A stretch of DNA of 64,000 nucleotides from an uncultured Bacilli bacterium (lineage in GTDB: Bacteria; Bacillota_I; Bacilli_A; RF39; UBA660), in NCBI GenBank assembly GCA_934154785.1, contig CAKPGL010000002.1:1780-65779 (forward strand). The letters run 5' to 3'. How positions within the stretch are numbered: the stretch's first letter is position 1; the number at the start of each line of letters is the position of its first letter. Below, piece after piece: positions 42,235 through 52,158 of the stretch. The notes under the pieces are model-generated. The model saw only the letters and a list, made by a program, of their open reading frames with translations, made no database searches and was not told the origin of the DNA. The position numbers were made by a program, and so were the translations under genes.

Positions 42235-43128
42235 ATGAACTATTATAACGAGATAAAAGAAAATCTAATAAATAATGAGATTACTAAGAAAGTAAAAGAT
42301 TATTCTAAAAACAAAAGTGATTTAAATACTTATTACAATGTAGGTAAATTACTAGCGAAAGCTGGTAAATATTATGGTGAAGGTATTATTAAAGAATATT
42401 CAAAGAAATTGACTATAGATTTAAACAAAAAATATAACGAAAGAACTTTGCGAAGAATAAGACAATTTTACTTGTTACAAATATCTCAAAAATGGTCGAC
42501 ATTGTCGACCAAATTGACTTGGAGCCATTATTCAGAATTGCTAGCAATAGAAGATATAAATAAAATAAATTACTATATAAAAATAGCAGAACAACATAAT
42601 TTATCTGTACGAGAACTAAGAACAAAAATAAAGAATAATGAATATGAAAGATTAGATGAAGAAGCTAAATTAAAATTAATTAATAAAAAGAATACTGAAG
42701 TAAAGGATTTTATTAAAGAACCAATAATTATTAACAATAATTTAGATTATAATGATATCTCGGAAAAGATATTAAAAAAATTAATATTAGAAGATATAGA
42801 TAGTTTTTTAGATGAATTGGGGACTGGTTTTAGTTATATCAAAAATGAATATAAAATAAAAATTGGAACCAATTACAATTATATAGATTTACTACTTTTT
42901 AATTATGAGTACAATTGCTTTGTAGTAGTAGAATTAAAAGTAACAGAGTTAAAAAAAGAACATATTGGGCAAATTGAAGTATATATGAATTATATTGATA
43001 GTAATTTAAAAAAAATTAATCAAGATAAAACGATTGGTATTATTATAGTTAGAAAGAATAATAAATTTATAATGGAATATTGTAGTGATAAACGTATTTT
43101 ATCTAAAGAATACATGTTAATCCAATAA
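42235..43128 (+). CDS. DUF1016 / YhcG-family PD-(D/E)xK nuclease-like protein
   Basis: YYNVGKLL...YGEGIIKEYS..L...Y....LRRIRQFY, LTWSHYSELL, LSVRELR..I....YERL, and C-terminal IDLLLFNY...FVVVELK...GQ.EVYMNY. Confidence 0.8.
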   Translation: MNYYNEIKENLINNEITKKVKDYSKNKSDLNTYYNVGKLLAKAGKYYGEGIIKEYSKKLTIDLNKKYNERTLRRIRQFYLLQISQKWSTLSTKLTWSHYSELLAIEDINKINYYIKIAEQHNLSVRELRTKIKNNEYERLDEEAKLKLINKKNTEVKDFIKEPIIINNNLDYNDISEKILKKLILEDIDSFLDELGTGFSYIKNEYKIKIGTNYNYIDLLLFNYEYNCFVVVELKVTELKKEHIGQIEVYMNYIDSNLKKINQDKTIGIIIVRKNNKFIMEYCSDKRILSKEYMLIQ

Positions 43129-43210
43129 TAAGCATTTATAAGTTATTATTTAAAATATTAAAAAATTATCTATTTTTTATTTTTGGACATACACTTATAA
43201 TGGTGATAAC

Positions 43211-45118
43211 ATGTTTTTTAAAAGTATACATAAAAGAGAAAAAATAATTCTTTTGGTAATAGTATTTTTATTTATATTAATAATTGCAAAAGTTTTTTAT
43301 ATTCAAGTAATTGATTATAAGAAGTTAAATAAATATGCTGGAAGCTTATGGAGTAGAAATTTACCAATAGAAGCCAATAGGGGTATTATTTATGATCAAA
43401 ATGGCGTAGTACTTGCTGATAATGTTACAACAACCTCGTTAGTTGTTATACCTAATCAAATCATTGATAAAGAAACTACAGCAAGGAAAATAAGTGAAAT
43501 TTTGGGAACTAGTTATGATGATATGTTGAAGCATGTTAGTAAGAGGACTTCAATAGAGCGTGTACATCCAGAAGGAAGAAGATTATCATATGATGTTGCC
43601 GATAAAATAAGTGATTTAAAATTACCAGGGGTATATTTAATAAAAGAGTCTAAAAGGTATTATCCTTATGATACATTACTTTCTCATACTATTGGTTTTG
43701 TTGGAATAGACAATCAAGGTTTGAGTGGTTTAGAGCTTATGTATGATAATTATTTAACAGGAGAATATGGTGCTATTAAGTATTTAAGTGACGCAAAAGG
43801 ACAAAAACTTAATCTAGCCGAAAAATACGAGGAACCACAAGATGGCATAAATATGACACTTACAATAAATTATGATATTCAAGCTGCTTTAGAAAGAGAA
43901 TTAGACAATGCTTTAATAAAATATAATCCGGATCAGGCATTAGGTTTAGTAATGGATCCAAATAGTGGAGAAATACTTGCTATAGCGAGTCGACCTACAT
44001 TTTCTCCTAGTAATTATAAAAATTATACTGTAGAAGAAATCAATAGAAATTTACCTATTTGGGCTACGTATGAACCCGGTAGTACTTTTAAAATAATTAC
44101 TTTAGCGGCTTCTCTAGAAGAAAAAACTGTAGACTTAGAAAATGAACACTTTTATGATTCTGGTAGTGTTAAAGTTAGTAACGCTACTATTCATTGTTGG
44201 AAACATGCTGGACATGGTGAGCAGACATATTTAGAAGTAGTAGAGAACTCTTGTAATCCTGGATTTGTTAGTTTAGGACTTCGTCTTGGTAAAAATAGAC
44301 TTTTTCATTACTTAGATTTGTTTGGATTCGGTAAAAAAACTGGAATAGACTTAAACGGTGAAAGTTCTGGAATTATGTTTAAACTTGATAAAGTTGGTGA
44401 CTTGGAACTTGCAACGACTGCGTTTGGTCAAGGTGTATCTGTTACACCAATACAACAAGTTACAGCAGTTAGTGCTGCCATAAATGGAGGCATTTTATAT
44501 AAGCCATATATAGTTAAAAGCTTAAATGAACCAGAAACAAATAGTATTATTTTAGAAAATAAGCCTACAATAGTTAGAAAAGTAATTAGTGAAGACACCA
44601 GTAGTAAAGTACGACATGCACTAGAAAGTGTTGTTAGTAATGGTACAGGTCGTCCAGCTTATATAGATGGTTATCGTGTTGGTGGTAAAACAGGTACTGC
44701 TCAAAAAGTAAAAGACGGAAGATATATGGTAGGTAATTATATTGTTTCATTTATAGGCTTTTTACCAGCAGATAATCCGCAAGTTGTTGTTTATATAGCG
44801 ATTGATAATGCAAAAGGTGTAACACAATATGGAGGTACTATAGCAGCGCCAATAGCGCGACAAGTATTAATGGATTCTGCTTCTGCTTTAGGTATTGGAA
44901 AAAGTAGTGGTGGTATGGAAAAAGAATATAATTATAATGATAAAAAATATGTAGAAGTGCCTAATGTTGTAGGAATGAGTGTAAAAGATGCAACAAAAAG
45001 TTTAAAAAGTTTTAAAGTTGAATATAGTGGTAATGGAAATGTAGTTTCTTATCAATCACCTAACGCAGGTGAAAGAATATTAGAAGGTGAAACTATTAAA
45101 CTGTTATTAACAGAATAG
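43211..45118 (+). CDS. class B penicillin-binding protein (transpeptidase) with one C-terminal PASTA domain (SpoVD/PBP2B type)
   Basis: STFK (EPGSTFKI), SCN (ENSCNPG), KTGTA and a PASTA domain (VPNVVGMSVKDA). N-terminal TM anchor. Sits upstream of mraY. Confidence 0.85.
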   Translation: MFFKSIHKREKIILLVIVFLFILIIAKVFYIQVIDYKKLNKYAGSLWSRNLPIEANRGIIYDQNGVVLADNVTTTSLVVIPNQIIDKETTARKISEILGTSYDDMLKHVSKRTSIERVHPEGRRLSYDVADKISDLKLPGVYLIKESKRYYPYDTLLSHTIGFVGIDNQGLSGLELMYDNYLTGEYGAIKYLSDAKGQKLNLAEKYEEPQDGINMTLTINYDIQAALERELDNALIKYNPDQALGLVMDPNSGEILAIASRPTFSPSNYKNYTVEEINRNLPIWATYEPGSTFKIITLAASLEEKTVDLENEHFYDSGSVKVSNATIHCWKHAGHGEQTYLEVVENSCNPGFVSLGLRLGKNRLFHYLDLFGFGKKTGIDLNGESSGIMFKLDKVGDLELATTAFGQGVSVTPIQQVTAVSAAINGGILYKPYIVKSLNEPETNSIILENKPTIVRKVISEDTSSKVRHALESVVSNGTGRPAYIDGYRVGGKTGTAQKVKDGRYMVGNYIVSFIGFLPADNPQVVVYIAIDNAKGVTQYGGTIAAPIARQVLMDSASALGIGKSSGGMEKEYNYNDKKYVEVPNVVGMSVKDATKSLKSFKVEYSGNGNVVSYQSPNAGERILEGETIKLLLTE

Positions 45119-45126
45119 GAGGAAAT

Positions 45127-46119
45127 ATGATAACATTAACTAAAACGTTTTTAGCACTCATGATTGGTTTTTTACTTGCTACATCTTTAGGAACTATTTT
45201 AATACCAGTTCTTCGAAAATTAAAAGCTAAACAAAGTCTTAGTGTTTATTTAGAAGAGAGACATCATTCTAAAAGCGGTACACCAACAATGGGTGGTTTA
45301 ATCTTTATTATACCTACAATAATTACTATGTGTATACTTAAAATAATGGGTAAAATAATTATTAGTTATAACTTTTTAATAGTAATATTTACATTTTTAG
45401 GTTATTTCTTAATAGGATTTATAGATGATTTATTAATTATTAAAAGACATAATAATGCTGGATTAAGTGAAAGTGCTAAACTTATATTTCAAACTATAAT
45501 AGCGGTAGTTTTCTTCTTTCTATTTATGAAAGCAGGTAATGAACCATTGCTATGGATTCACACTTTAAATATTAAAATAGATATTAAATGGTGGTACGGA
45601 GTATTTATATTACTTGTCTTAATAGCAAGTTCTAATGCTGTAAATATAACTGATGGTTTAGATGGCTTGGCTACTGGTCTTTCTATAATAGCTTATATAG
45701 CCTTTGGTTTAATTACTTGGAATACTGGTTGGTTAGAGGGATATGAAGAAATAGCACTTTTTGAGTTTACATTAGTTGGTTCTTTACTAGGATTTTTGGT
45801 ATTTAATATTAATCCCGCTAAAGTATTTATGGGCGATACTGGTTCTTTAGCACTTGGAGCAACCCTTGGTTCTATAGCTATTCTTACTCGTCATGAAATA
45901 TTGTTAATTTTAATAGGAATAGTATTTGTTTGTGAAACATTAAGTTGTGTAATACAAAGAATATACTATAAATTAACTAGAAAAAGAATATTTCCAATGA
46001 CACCAATTCATCATACATTTGAAAAATTAGGTTGGAAAGAAACTGATATAGTACGATTTTTTTGGATAATAGGTCTAATTGCCGCCATGGTATCTATCGC
46101 GTTTGGTATATTGTTATGA
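45127..46119 (+). CDS. mraY: phospho-N-acetylmuramoyl-pentapeptide transferase
   Basis: GTPTMGG, NAVNITDGLDGLA, MGDTGSLALG and PIHHHFE-like (PIHHTFE) motifs; 10 TM helices. Confidence 0.95.
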   Translation: MITLTKTFLALMIGFLLATSLGTILIPVLRKLKAKQSLSVYLEERHHSKSGTPTMGGLIFIIPTIITMCILKIMGKIIISYNFLIVIFTFLGYFLIGFIDDLLIIKRHNNAGLSESAKLIFQTIIAVVFFFLFMKAGNEPLLWIHTLNIKIDIKWWYGVFILLVLIASSNAVNITDGLDGLATGLSIIAYIAFGLITWNTGWLEGYEEIALFEFTLVGSLLGFLVFNINPAKVFMGDTGSLALGATLGSIAILTRHEILLILIGIVFVCETLSCVIQRIYYKLTRKRIFPMTPIHHTFEKLGWKETDIVRFFWIIGLIAAMVSIAFGILL

Positions 46120-46140
46120 AAGTTTAAATAGAAAGTTAAG

Positions 46141-47241
46141 GTGTATATTTTGAAAGATAAAAAATTAGAAATAACTTTATTAATTAGTATTACCTTAATA
46201 TCTATATTTGGTCTCATTATGGTATATTCTGCTTCAAATATTTGGGCAGAATATAAATATAATGATGCCTTTAAATATGTAAGACATCAAACTATATTTT
46301 TTATAATTGGTTATATAGGAATGCTGATAATTAGTAAAATTAATTATCAAAAATACTTAAAGCGAGCTAATTTGTTACTTCTAGGTTGTATTATTCTTTT
46401 AATTTTAGTAGCAATACCAGGAATAGGCATGGTTAGAAATGGTAGTAGGAGTTGGTTTGGTATAGGTTCATTTGGAATACAACCTAGTGAATTTACTAAA
46501 TTAGCTCTTATTATATTTACATCCAAGTACTTAGTTAATAATGAAAAGAATATGAAGTTTATAATAAAAGGTGTACTACCAATATTAGGAGTTACTTTAT
46601 TTGTATTTGGTTTAATTATGTTACAACCAGACTTTGGAACTGGTGTAATAATAGTAATGTCTATAATTGGGTTATTGTTTATAGGTGGAGTAAATCTTAA
46701 ATTATTTGTTGGTATGGGTATAGTAGGAGTAGTGGGTATTACTGGTCTTATTTTAGTTGCACCTTATCGTATGAGTAGAATATTATCTTACCTAAATCCT
46801 TGGTCAGACCCTCTAGGTAGTGGTTTTCAAATAATACAGAGTTTATATGCTATCGGTCCAGGAGGATTATTTGGATTAGGATTTGGTAATTCTATTCAAA
46901 AACATTTTTATCTTCCAGAACCACAAACTGATTTTATATTCGCTATTATTAGTGAGGAATTTGGTTTTCTAGGAATATTAATAGTTTCTATACTATTTTT
47001 AACTATTATAATAAATGGTTTTAAAATATCTAAGCGTTGCAAAGATTTATTTGGAAAATATTTATCTTTTGGAATAACTTTTCAACTTGCTTTTCAAACT
47101 GTATTAAATTTAATGGTTGTAGTAGGTTTGATACCGGTTACAGGAGTAACGCTTCCATTTCTCTCATATGGTGGCTCTAGTTTACTTATTACATTATGCA
47201 GTATGGGAATATTATTAAATATAAGTAGATATAATAAATAG
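46141..47241 (+). CDS. SEDS-family peptidoglycan polymerase (FtsW/SpoVE/RodA)
   Basis: IQPSEFTKLALI, PE..TDFIFA.I.EE.G and LPF(L)SYGGSS motifs. The start may be TTG 46150, which is 7 nt after AAGGTG, rather than GTG 46141. Confidence 0.9.
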   Translation: MYILKDKKLEITLLISITLISIFGLIMVYSASNIWAEYKYNDAFKYVRHQTIFFIIGYIGMLIISKINYQKYLKRANLLLLGCIILLILVAIPGIGMVRNGSRSWFGIGSFGIQPSEFTKLALIIFTSKYLVNNEKNMKFIIKGVLPILGVTLFVFGLIMLQPDFGTGVIIVMSIIGLLFIGGVNLKLFVGMGIVGVVGITGLILVAPYRMSRILSYLNPWSDPLGSGFQIIQSLYAIGPGGLFGLGFGNSIQKHFYLPEPQTDFIFAIISEEFGFLGILIVSILFLTIIINGFKISKRCKDLFGKYLSFGITFQLAFQTVLNLMVVVGLIPVTGVTLPFLSYGGSSLLITLCSMGILLNISRYNK

Positions 47242-47298
47242 CAATTTGACAATTCTATAAAACTTCTTTATAATACAAAATCAGATGGGGGAAGAATT

Positions 47299-48162
47299 AT
47301 GGCATTTTCAATATATAAACATAGACAACGTGGTAGTAAGTTATATGAAATAGCAAGTATTAAAGAGATTATAGAGTTAGGACAATTTCAACTTGCTATG
47401 AAAAAAATTCATGAATTTATAGATAATTATGGTAATGATATTGAAATTTTATATCTTTATGGTAAACTTTTACGAAAAACTGGTTATGTTGAAGAGTCTA
47501 TAAATAGTTTTAAAAAGGCTTTAGAAGTTATGCAAGAAAAAAACACCGATTTTTATTATAATGCAACTATTGCTGAACTGTTTAAAGTATATTTTATTAA
47601 TTGCTATTATAAAGAAGCTTATGATATATTAATTAATGCGCCTAGTGCATTAAAGTTTGAACATTATAACGATAATATGCCAGATCTTAGTGAGTTTAAA
47701 AAATTACTAGAAATTCGCTTAGGTATTTATAAAGAACAGGACGATGAAAGTGTTTTAATACAAAAAGTCTTATATTATGATAGAGAAAGATCTATAGACC
47801 ATGTAAAAAAACATCTAAAAGAAAGTGGACGTTTAGATCATAGCATTTTTAATGATGTTGATATAGATAAATTGTTTGCTTTAGTGGAAGATTCTATAAA
47901 AGCATCTAAAAAGATGCAGAGATTTGCTTTTAATGATTTATATATGTTTGAATTTTATAGAATTGGTCAAGATAACTCGAATAAGTTAATGGTAGTTACT
48001 AATAAGGGAACTAATGAAATTATATCAATGTATCCAACTCAAAGTAATATAAAATGCCAAATAAATGATAATTTATATAGACAGGTCTTAGAAGAAGAAT
48101 CGTCTAAAGTAAAAAAAATATCACAAATAGATAAGTTTAATAAAAGATATGGTTTAAAATAG
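47299..48162 (+). CDS. hypothetical protein with TPR-like N-terminal helices (287 aa)
   Basis: Helical-repeat-like segments (LYLYGKLLRKTGYVEESINSFKKALE). RBS GGGGGA. No specific family recognised. Confidence 0.5.
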   Translation: MAFSIYKHRQRGSKLYEIASIKEIIELGQFQLAMKKIHEFIDNYGNDIEILYLYGKLLRKTGYVEESINSFKKALEVMQEKNTDFYYNATIAELFKVYFINCYYKEAYDILINAPSALKFEHYNDNMPDLSEFKKLLEIRLGIYKEQDDESVLIQKVLYYDRERSIDHVKKHLKESGRLDHSIFNDVDIDKLFALVEDSIKASKKMQRFAFNDLYMFEFYRIGQDNSNKLMVVTNKGTNEIISMYPTQSNIKCQINDNLYRQVLEEESSKVKKISQIDKFNKRYGLK

Positions 48163-48219
48163 GTATATTTTATATCTATTTTTTTTTATTTATGATAAAA
48201 TTAAATTGGGTGAAAAACT

Positions 48220-48948
48220 ATGCTTTATACTTCAACACAAAATGAAAAAATTAAAAATTTACGTAAATTAAATAATAAAAAATATCGTGATGAGAACTCT
48301 CTTTTTCTTATTGAAGGAGAGCATTTAGTTTTAGAAGCATATAAAAATGGTTATTTAAAAGAATTATTATTAGAAGAAAATACTAGTTTAAGTATTAATG
48401 TACCAACTAGTTATTTAACACGTAATGTTATGAAATTTATTAGTGAATTAGATAATCCTTCTAATATAATGGGTGTATGTACTAAATTAGTAGAGCAAGA
48501 AGAACTAGGAAATAAAATATTAGTGCTTGATAATGTACAAGATCCAGGTAACTTAGGAACAATTATTCGTAGTGCAGTAGCGTTTAATATAGATACAATT
48601 ATTTTAAGTGATGATACAGTTGATTTATATAATTCTAAAGTTATTAGAGCTAGCCAAGGAATGATTTTTAAAATAAATATAGTAAGAAAAAGCTTGTTGG
48701 TAGTTATTCCTAATTTAAAAAAACAAGGGTATAAAATTTATACCACAAATGTAAAAAATGGAAAAAGTTTAAAAAATGTTGAAAAGGTCTCTAAATTTGC
48801 TATAATAATGGGTAATGAGGGATTAGGAGTTAAAGAAAGTATTTCTTCTTTAGCTGATGATTTTCTTTATATTGATATGGCTAAAGACTGTGAAAGTTTA
48901 AATGTTGCAGTTGCGGCAAGTATTATATTGTACGAGTTAGATAAGTAG
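48220..48948 (+). CDS. TrmH/SpoU-family RNA 2'-O-methyltransferase
   Basis: DNVQDPGNLGTIIRSA.AF, IIMGNEGLGV and ESLNVAVAASIILYE SPOUT motifs. Confidence 0.85.
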   Translation: MLYTSTQNEKIKNLRKLNNKKYRDENSLFLIEGEHLVLEAYKNGYLKELLLEENTSLSINVPTSYLTRNVMKFISELDNPSNIMGVCTKLVEQEELGNKILVLDNVQDPGNLGTIIRSAVAFNIDTIILSDDTVDLYNSKVIRASQGMIFKINIVRKSLLVVIPNLKKQGYKIYTTNVKNGKSLKNVEKVSKFAIIMGNEGLGVKESISSLADDFLYIDMAKDCESLNVAVAASIILYELDK

Positions 48949-48955
48949 GTGTAGT

Positions 48956-49453
48956 ATGAAGCGTATTTTAGTAGGACAAATTGTTAATACACATGGTTTA
49001 AAAGGGGAACTACGTATTATATCTAATTTTCCATATAAAGAATTAGTATTTACTAAAGGCTTTAAAGTATATGTTGGGAAAAGAAATGATTTATGTGTAA
49101 TAAATAGTTATCGTAAGCATAAAATTTATGATATGGTAACTTTTGACGGTATAGATAATATCGATATGGCTATTGCCTATAAGGGTGATTATGTATATAT
49201 TGATAGAGATGACTTAAAAATAGATGGTTTTATTAATGAGGATATTATTGGATTTACTGTATATAATGAAGACTTGTTAATTGGTGAATTAACGGATATT
49301 ATTAACAATGGGGCACATGATATTTTAGTTATTAAGTCTTCTAATAATGATAGAATAATGGTGCCTTTTGTAGATGAATATGTTAAAAAAGTTGATTTAG
49401 ATAATAAAAAGATTATGATAGAAACAATTGAGGGTTTGTTAGATGGTAATTGA
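48956..49453 (+). CDS. rimM: 16S rRNA processing protein RimM
   Basis: VG.IVNTHGLKGELRI plus a PRC barrel. Sits upstream of trmD. Confidence 0.9.
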   Translation: MKRILVGQIVNTHGLKGELRIISNFPYKELVFTKGFKVYVGKRNDLCVINSYRKHKIYDMVTFDGIDNIDMAIAYKGDYVYIDRDDLKIDGFINEDIIGFTVYNEDLLIGELTDIINNGAHDILVIKSSNNDRIMVPFVDEYVKKVDLDNKKIMIETIEGLLDGN

Positions 49454-50129
49454 TATATTAACATTATTTCCTAATATGTTTGAAGGATTTTTATCTGAAT
49501 CAATAATAAAACGTGCTATTGACGCAAAGAAAGTTACAGTTAATGTTCATAATATTAGAGATTATTCAAAAGATCCACATAAAAAAGTTGATGACTATGG
49601 TTATGGTGGTGGTGAAGGCATGGTTCTTATGCCCCAACCAATATTCGACGCTGTTAAAGACTTAAGAAGAGAAGACAGTTATGTAATATTAACGACACCA
49701 CAAGGAACAACATTTAATCATAATTTGGCTCACGAGTTAACTTTAAAAAAACATATTATTATTATTTGTGGTCATTATGAAGGATTTGATGAGAGAATTC
49801 GTACTTTAGCGGATATAGAAATAAGTATTGGTGATTTTGTTTTAACTGGTGGTGAGTTACCAAGTATGGTTATTTGTGATAGTGTTATTCGTCTTATTGA
49901 TGGCGTCATTAATGAAAATTCTCATAAAAATGATTCTTTTGAAGATACTTTACTGGATTATCCAGTGTATACTCATCCTGCTAATTACGAGGGTTTAGAA
50001 GTGCCGGAAGTATTATTGTCTGGTCACCATGAAAATATTCGTAAATGGCGTTTAAATGAACAAATTAAACGTACTAAAGAACGTCGCCCTGATTTACTAG
50101 AAAAGAGTGATTTTAATGGCAAATGTTAA
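49443..50129 (+). CDS. trmD: tRNA (guanine37-N1)-methyltransferase
   Basis: IDILTLFP.MF, YGGG.GMV and I.CG.YEG.DER..........SIGDFVLTGGE motifs. Confidence 0.95.
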   Translation: MVIDILTLFPNMFEGFLSESIIKRAIDAKKVTVNVHNIRDYSKDPHKKVDDYGYGGGEGMVLMPQPIFDAVKDLRREDSYVILTTPQGTTFNHNLAHELTLKKHIIIICGHYEGFDERIRTLADIEISIGDFVLTGGELPSMVICDSVIRLIDGVINENSHKNDSFEDTLLDYPVYTHPANYEGLEVPEVLLSGHHENIRKWRLNEQIKRTKERRPDLLEKSDFNGKC

Positions 50130-50583
50130 TCGCTATGTTTTATGTAAAAACAATAATAACAAAGAGTTAGTTTATTTAAATTACAATCTATCTGAGGGAT
50201 TTAAGTTTAAACCTAAAAACAAAGTAAAATATAATGGTGTTAAAGTAAATGAAATGGTTATTATTAATCCTAGTTTCGTTGAAAAAGTATTAAAAAGGAA
50301 AATTAAACATAAACTTGATTTATATTTACAATTTTTAATAAAATTACTAGAAGAAGATAATACGGACCCAACCAATTTAAGGCATGCTTTAAATGATTTA
50401 GATAGATATAGACGAACTATTATTAATAAATATAGGGCTTACTTAGATAAGAAATATGTTGACTTATTATTAAAGAAAATAGACGTTCTTGAAAGAGAAA
50501 TAAAAGAAAAACTTTTCCTTTGTATGCAAAAGGAAATACAACCAGAAGAAGAACTACAAGAAACACGCAGAAGAGGAAGATAA
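50116..50583 (+). CDS. hypothetical basic coiled-coil protein (155 aa)
   Basis: ORF overlapping the trmD end. K/R-rich with a C-terminal RRRGR. No recognised family. Confidence 0.45.
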   Translation: MANVNRYVLCKNNNNKELVYLNYNLSEGFKFKPKNKVKYNGVKVNEMVIINPSFVEKVLKRKIKHKLDLYLQFLIKLLEEDNTDPTNLRHALNDLDRYRRTIINKYRAYLDKKYVDLLLKKIDVLEREIKEKLFLCMQKEIQPEEELQETRRRGR

Positions 50584-50619
50584 GACTTCCTTTTTATTAT
50601 AAAAGAATAGAGGAATTAT

Positions 50620-51366
50620 ATGAAAAAATTTAAAACGCTATTTAGTTCTATTTTATATATACTATTATTTTTATGTATCAATTTTGGCTCTATAATTGTT
50701 TTTTCATTAATATTTAGATTAAATACTAATTTAGATATAAATAGTCAAGATTACATTACTTTTTTAGCACGGTTTTTAAGTAAGAATAAAATTTATATGG
50801 TTTTACTGTCAACACTAATACTGGTGCCTATAATTTTAAAAATTTATAAGAAAAATAAAATAAATATTAATTTATCTTTAAAAAAAGAATGTATTAATTA
50901 TTCCATAATGGGATTTAGTATAAGTTTAATATTAAATATATTGTTATATGATTTTGGCTTGCAAAGGAATATTAGTTTTAAAATCGAACCACTAATGGGA
51001 ATACTTGCTACAGCGGTAATTGGTCCTATATTAGAAGAATTAGTTTTTAGAGGTATTATTTATAATAATCTTAAGAAGTCTTTTTCAATAAAAAATGCTT
51101 TATTAATACTAAGTTTAATGTTTGCTGTTTATCATTTTAATTTTGTTCAAGGACTATACGCATTTTTGTTTAGTATAATAATAACTTATTATTATGAAAA
51201 AACAGATAACTTTCTTGTTCCTATGTTTATACATATTGTTGGTAACTTGGCAATTTCATTAGTGTATCCTTATTTATTACAATTAGATTTTATTTATATT
51301 CAACTAGTTTTAATTTTATTAATTATTGTAAATACTATAAATGTTGTATTATTAAATAAAAAGTAA
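50620..51366 (+). CDS. CPBP-family (CAAX-type) intramembrane glutamic endopeptidase
   Basis: EELVFRG, FA.YH and HI..N motifs in a polytopic membrane protein. Confidence 0.8.
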   Translation: MKKFKTLFSSILYILLFLCINFGSIIVFSLIFRLNTNLDINSQDYITFLARFLSKNKIYMVLLSTLILVPIILKIYKKNKININLSLKKECINYSIMGFSISLILNILLYDFGLQRNISFKIEPLMGILATAVIGPILEELVFRGIIYNNLKKSFSIKNALLILSLMFAVYHFNFVQGLYAFLFSIIITYYYEKTDNFLVPMFIHIVGNLAISLVYPYLLQLDFIYIQLVLILLIIVNTINVVLLNKK

Positions 51367-51416
51367 CAAATATTTACAAGGAATATTAAATGTGCTACAA
51401 TTATTAAGGTGATTGA

Positions 51417-52154
51417 ATGATAAAACACATTAAAAACATTGATGTTCACTATGAAGATTTTGGTGCTAAAAGTAAGGACACGATTGTTCTTTTACATGGT
51501 TGGGGACAAAATATAGAAATGATGCAACCACTTGCTAATCCATTCAAAGATAAAAATCATATAATTATTTTAGATTTACCAGGGTTTGGCTCTAGTGAAG
51601 AACCTAAAGAAATTTGGTCTGTTTATGATTATGCTGATTTTTTACACGAATTTTTAAGTGATTTGTCTGTTACTGAACCAATTATTTTCGGCCATTCATT
51701 TGGTGGTAAAATAGGACTAGCTTATGCAAGCAAGTACAAAGTAAAGAAATTAGTAGTTTTTGGTAGTCCTTTCCGTAAAGAAATTGAAAAATTATCTTTA
51801 AAAACAAAAATGTTAAAAACAGTAAAAAAGTTATCTGGCTTAACAGTTTTAGCGGAACTTGCTAAAAAACATTTTGGTTCTACAGACTATAAAAATGCTA
51901 GCCCTAGAATGCGAGAGATTTTAGTATCAACAGTTAATTTAGATATTACAGATGATGTAAAAAAAATTAAGTGTCCAACGTTAATTATTTGGGGAACCAA
52001 CGATATGGCTGTGCCAATAGAAGACGCTTATGTTTTAGAAAAAATGATATCTGATGCTGGTGTTATTGAGTATCCTGGTAGTCATTATACATATTTAGAG
52101 TATTTAAATCCTATAATTAATGTATTAAATAATTTTTTAAGTGATAAGGAGTGA
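51417..52154 (+). CDS. alpha/beta-fold hydrolase
   Basis: HGWG oxyanion region, nucleophile elbow GHSFGG, late D and H; 245 aa. Confidence 0.8.
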   Translation: MIKHIKNIDVHYEDFGAKSKDTIVLLHGWGQNIEMMQPLANPFKDKNHIIILDLPGFGSSEEPKEIWSVYDYADFLHEFLSDLSVTEPIIFGHSFGGKIGLAYASKYKVKKLVVFGSPFRKEIEKLSLKTKMLKTVKKLSGLTVLAELAKKHFGSTDYKNASPRMREILVSTVNLDITDDVKKIKCPTLIIWGTNDMAVPIEDAYVLEKMISDAGVIEYPGSHYTYLEYLNPIINVLNNFLSDKE

Positions 52155-52158
52155 AATT

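Noticed and set aside
42494-42510. GC-rich perfect inverted repeat GGTCGAC-ATT-GTCGACC (two SalI sites) in an AT-rich gene. I considered it as a possible protein-binding site or recombination site.
   Set aside because: It lies inside the DUF1016 ORF and simply encodes W-S-T-L-S-T with repeated Ser-Thr codons. There is no flanking evidence of a regulatory or mobile element.
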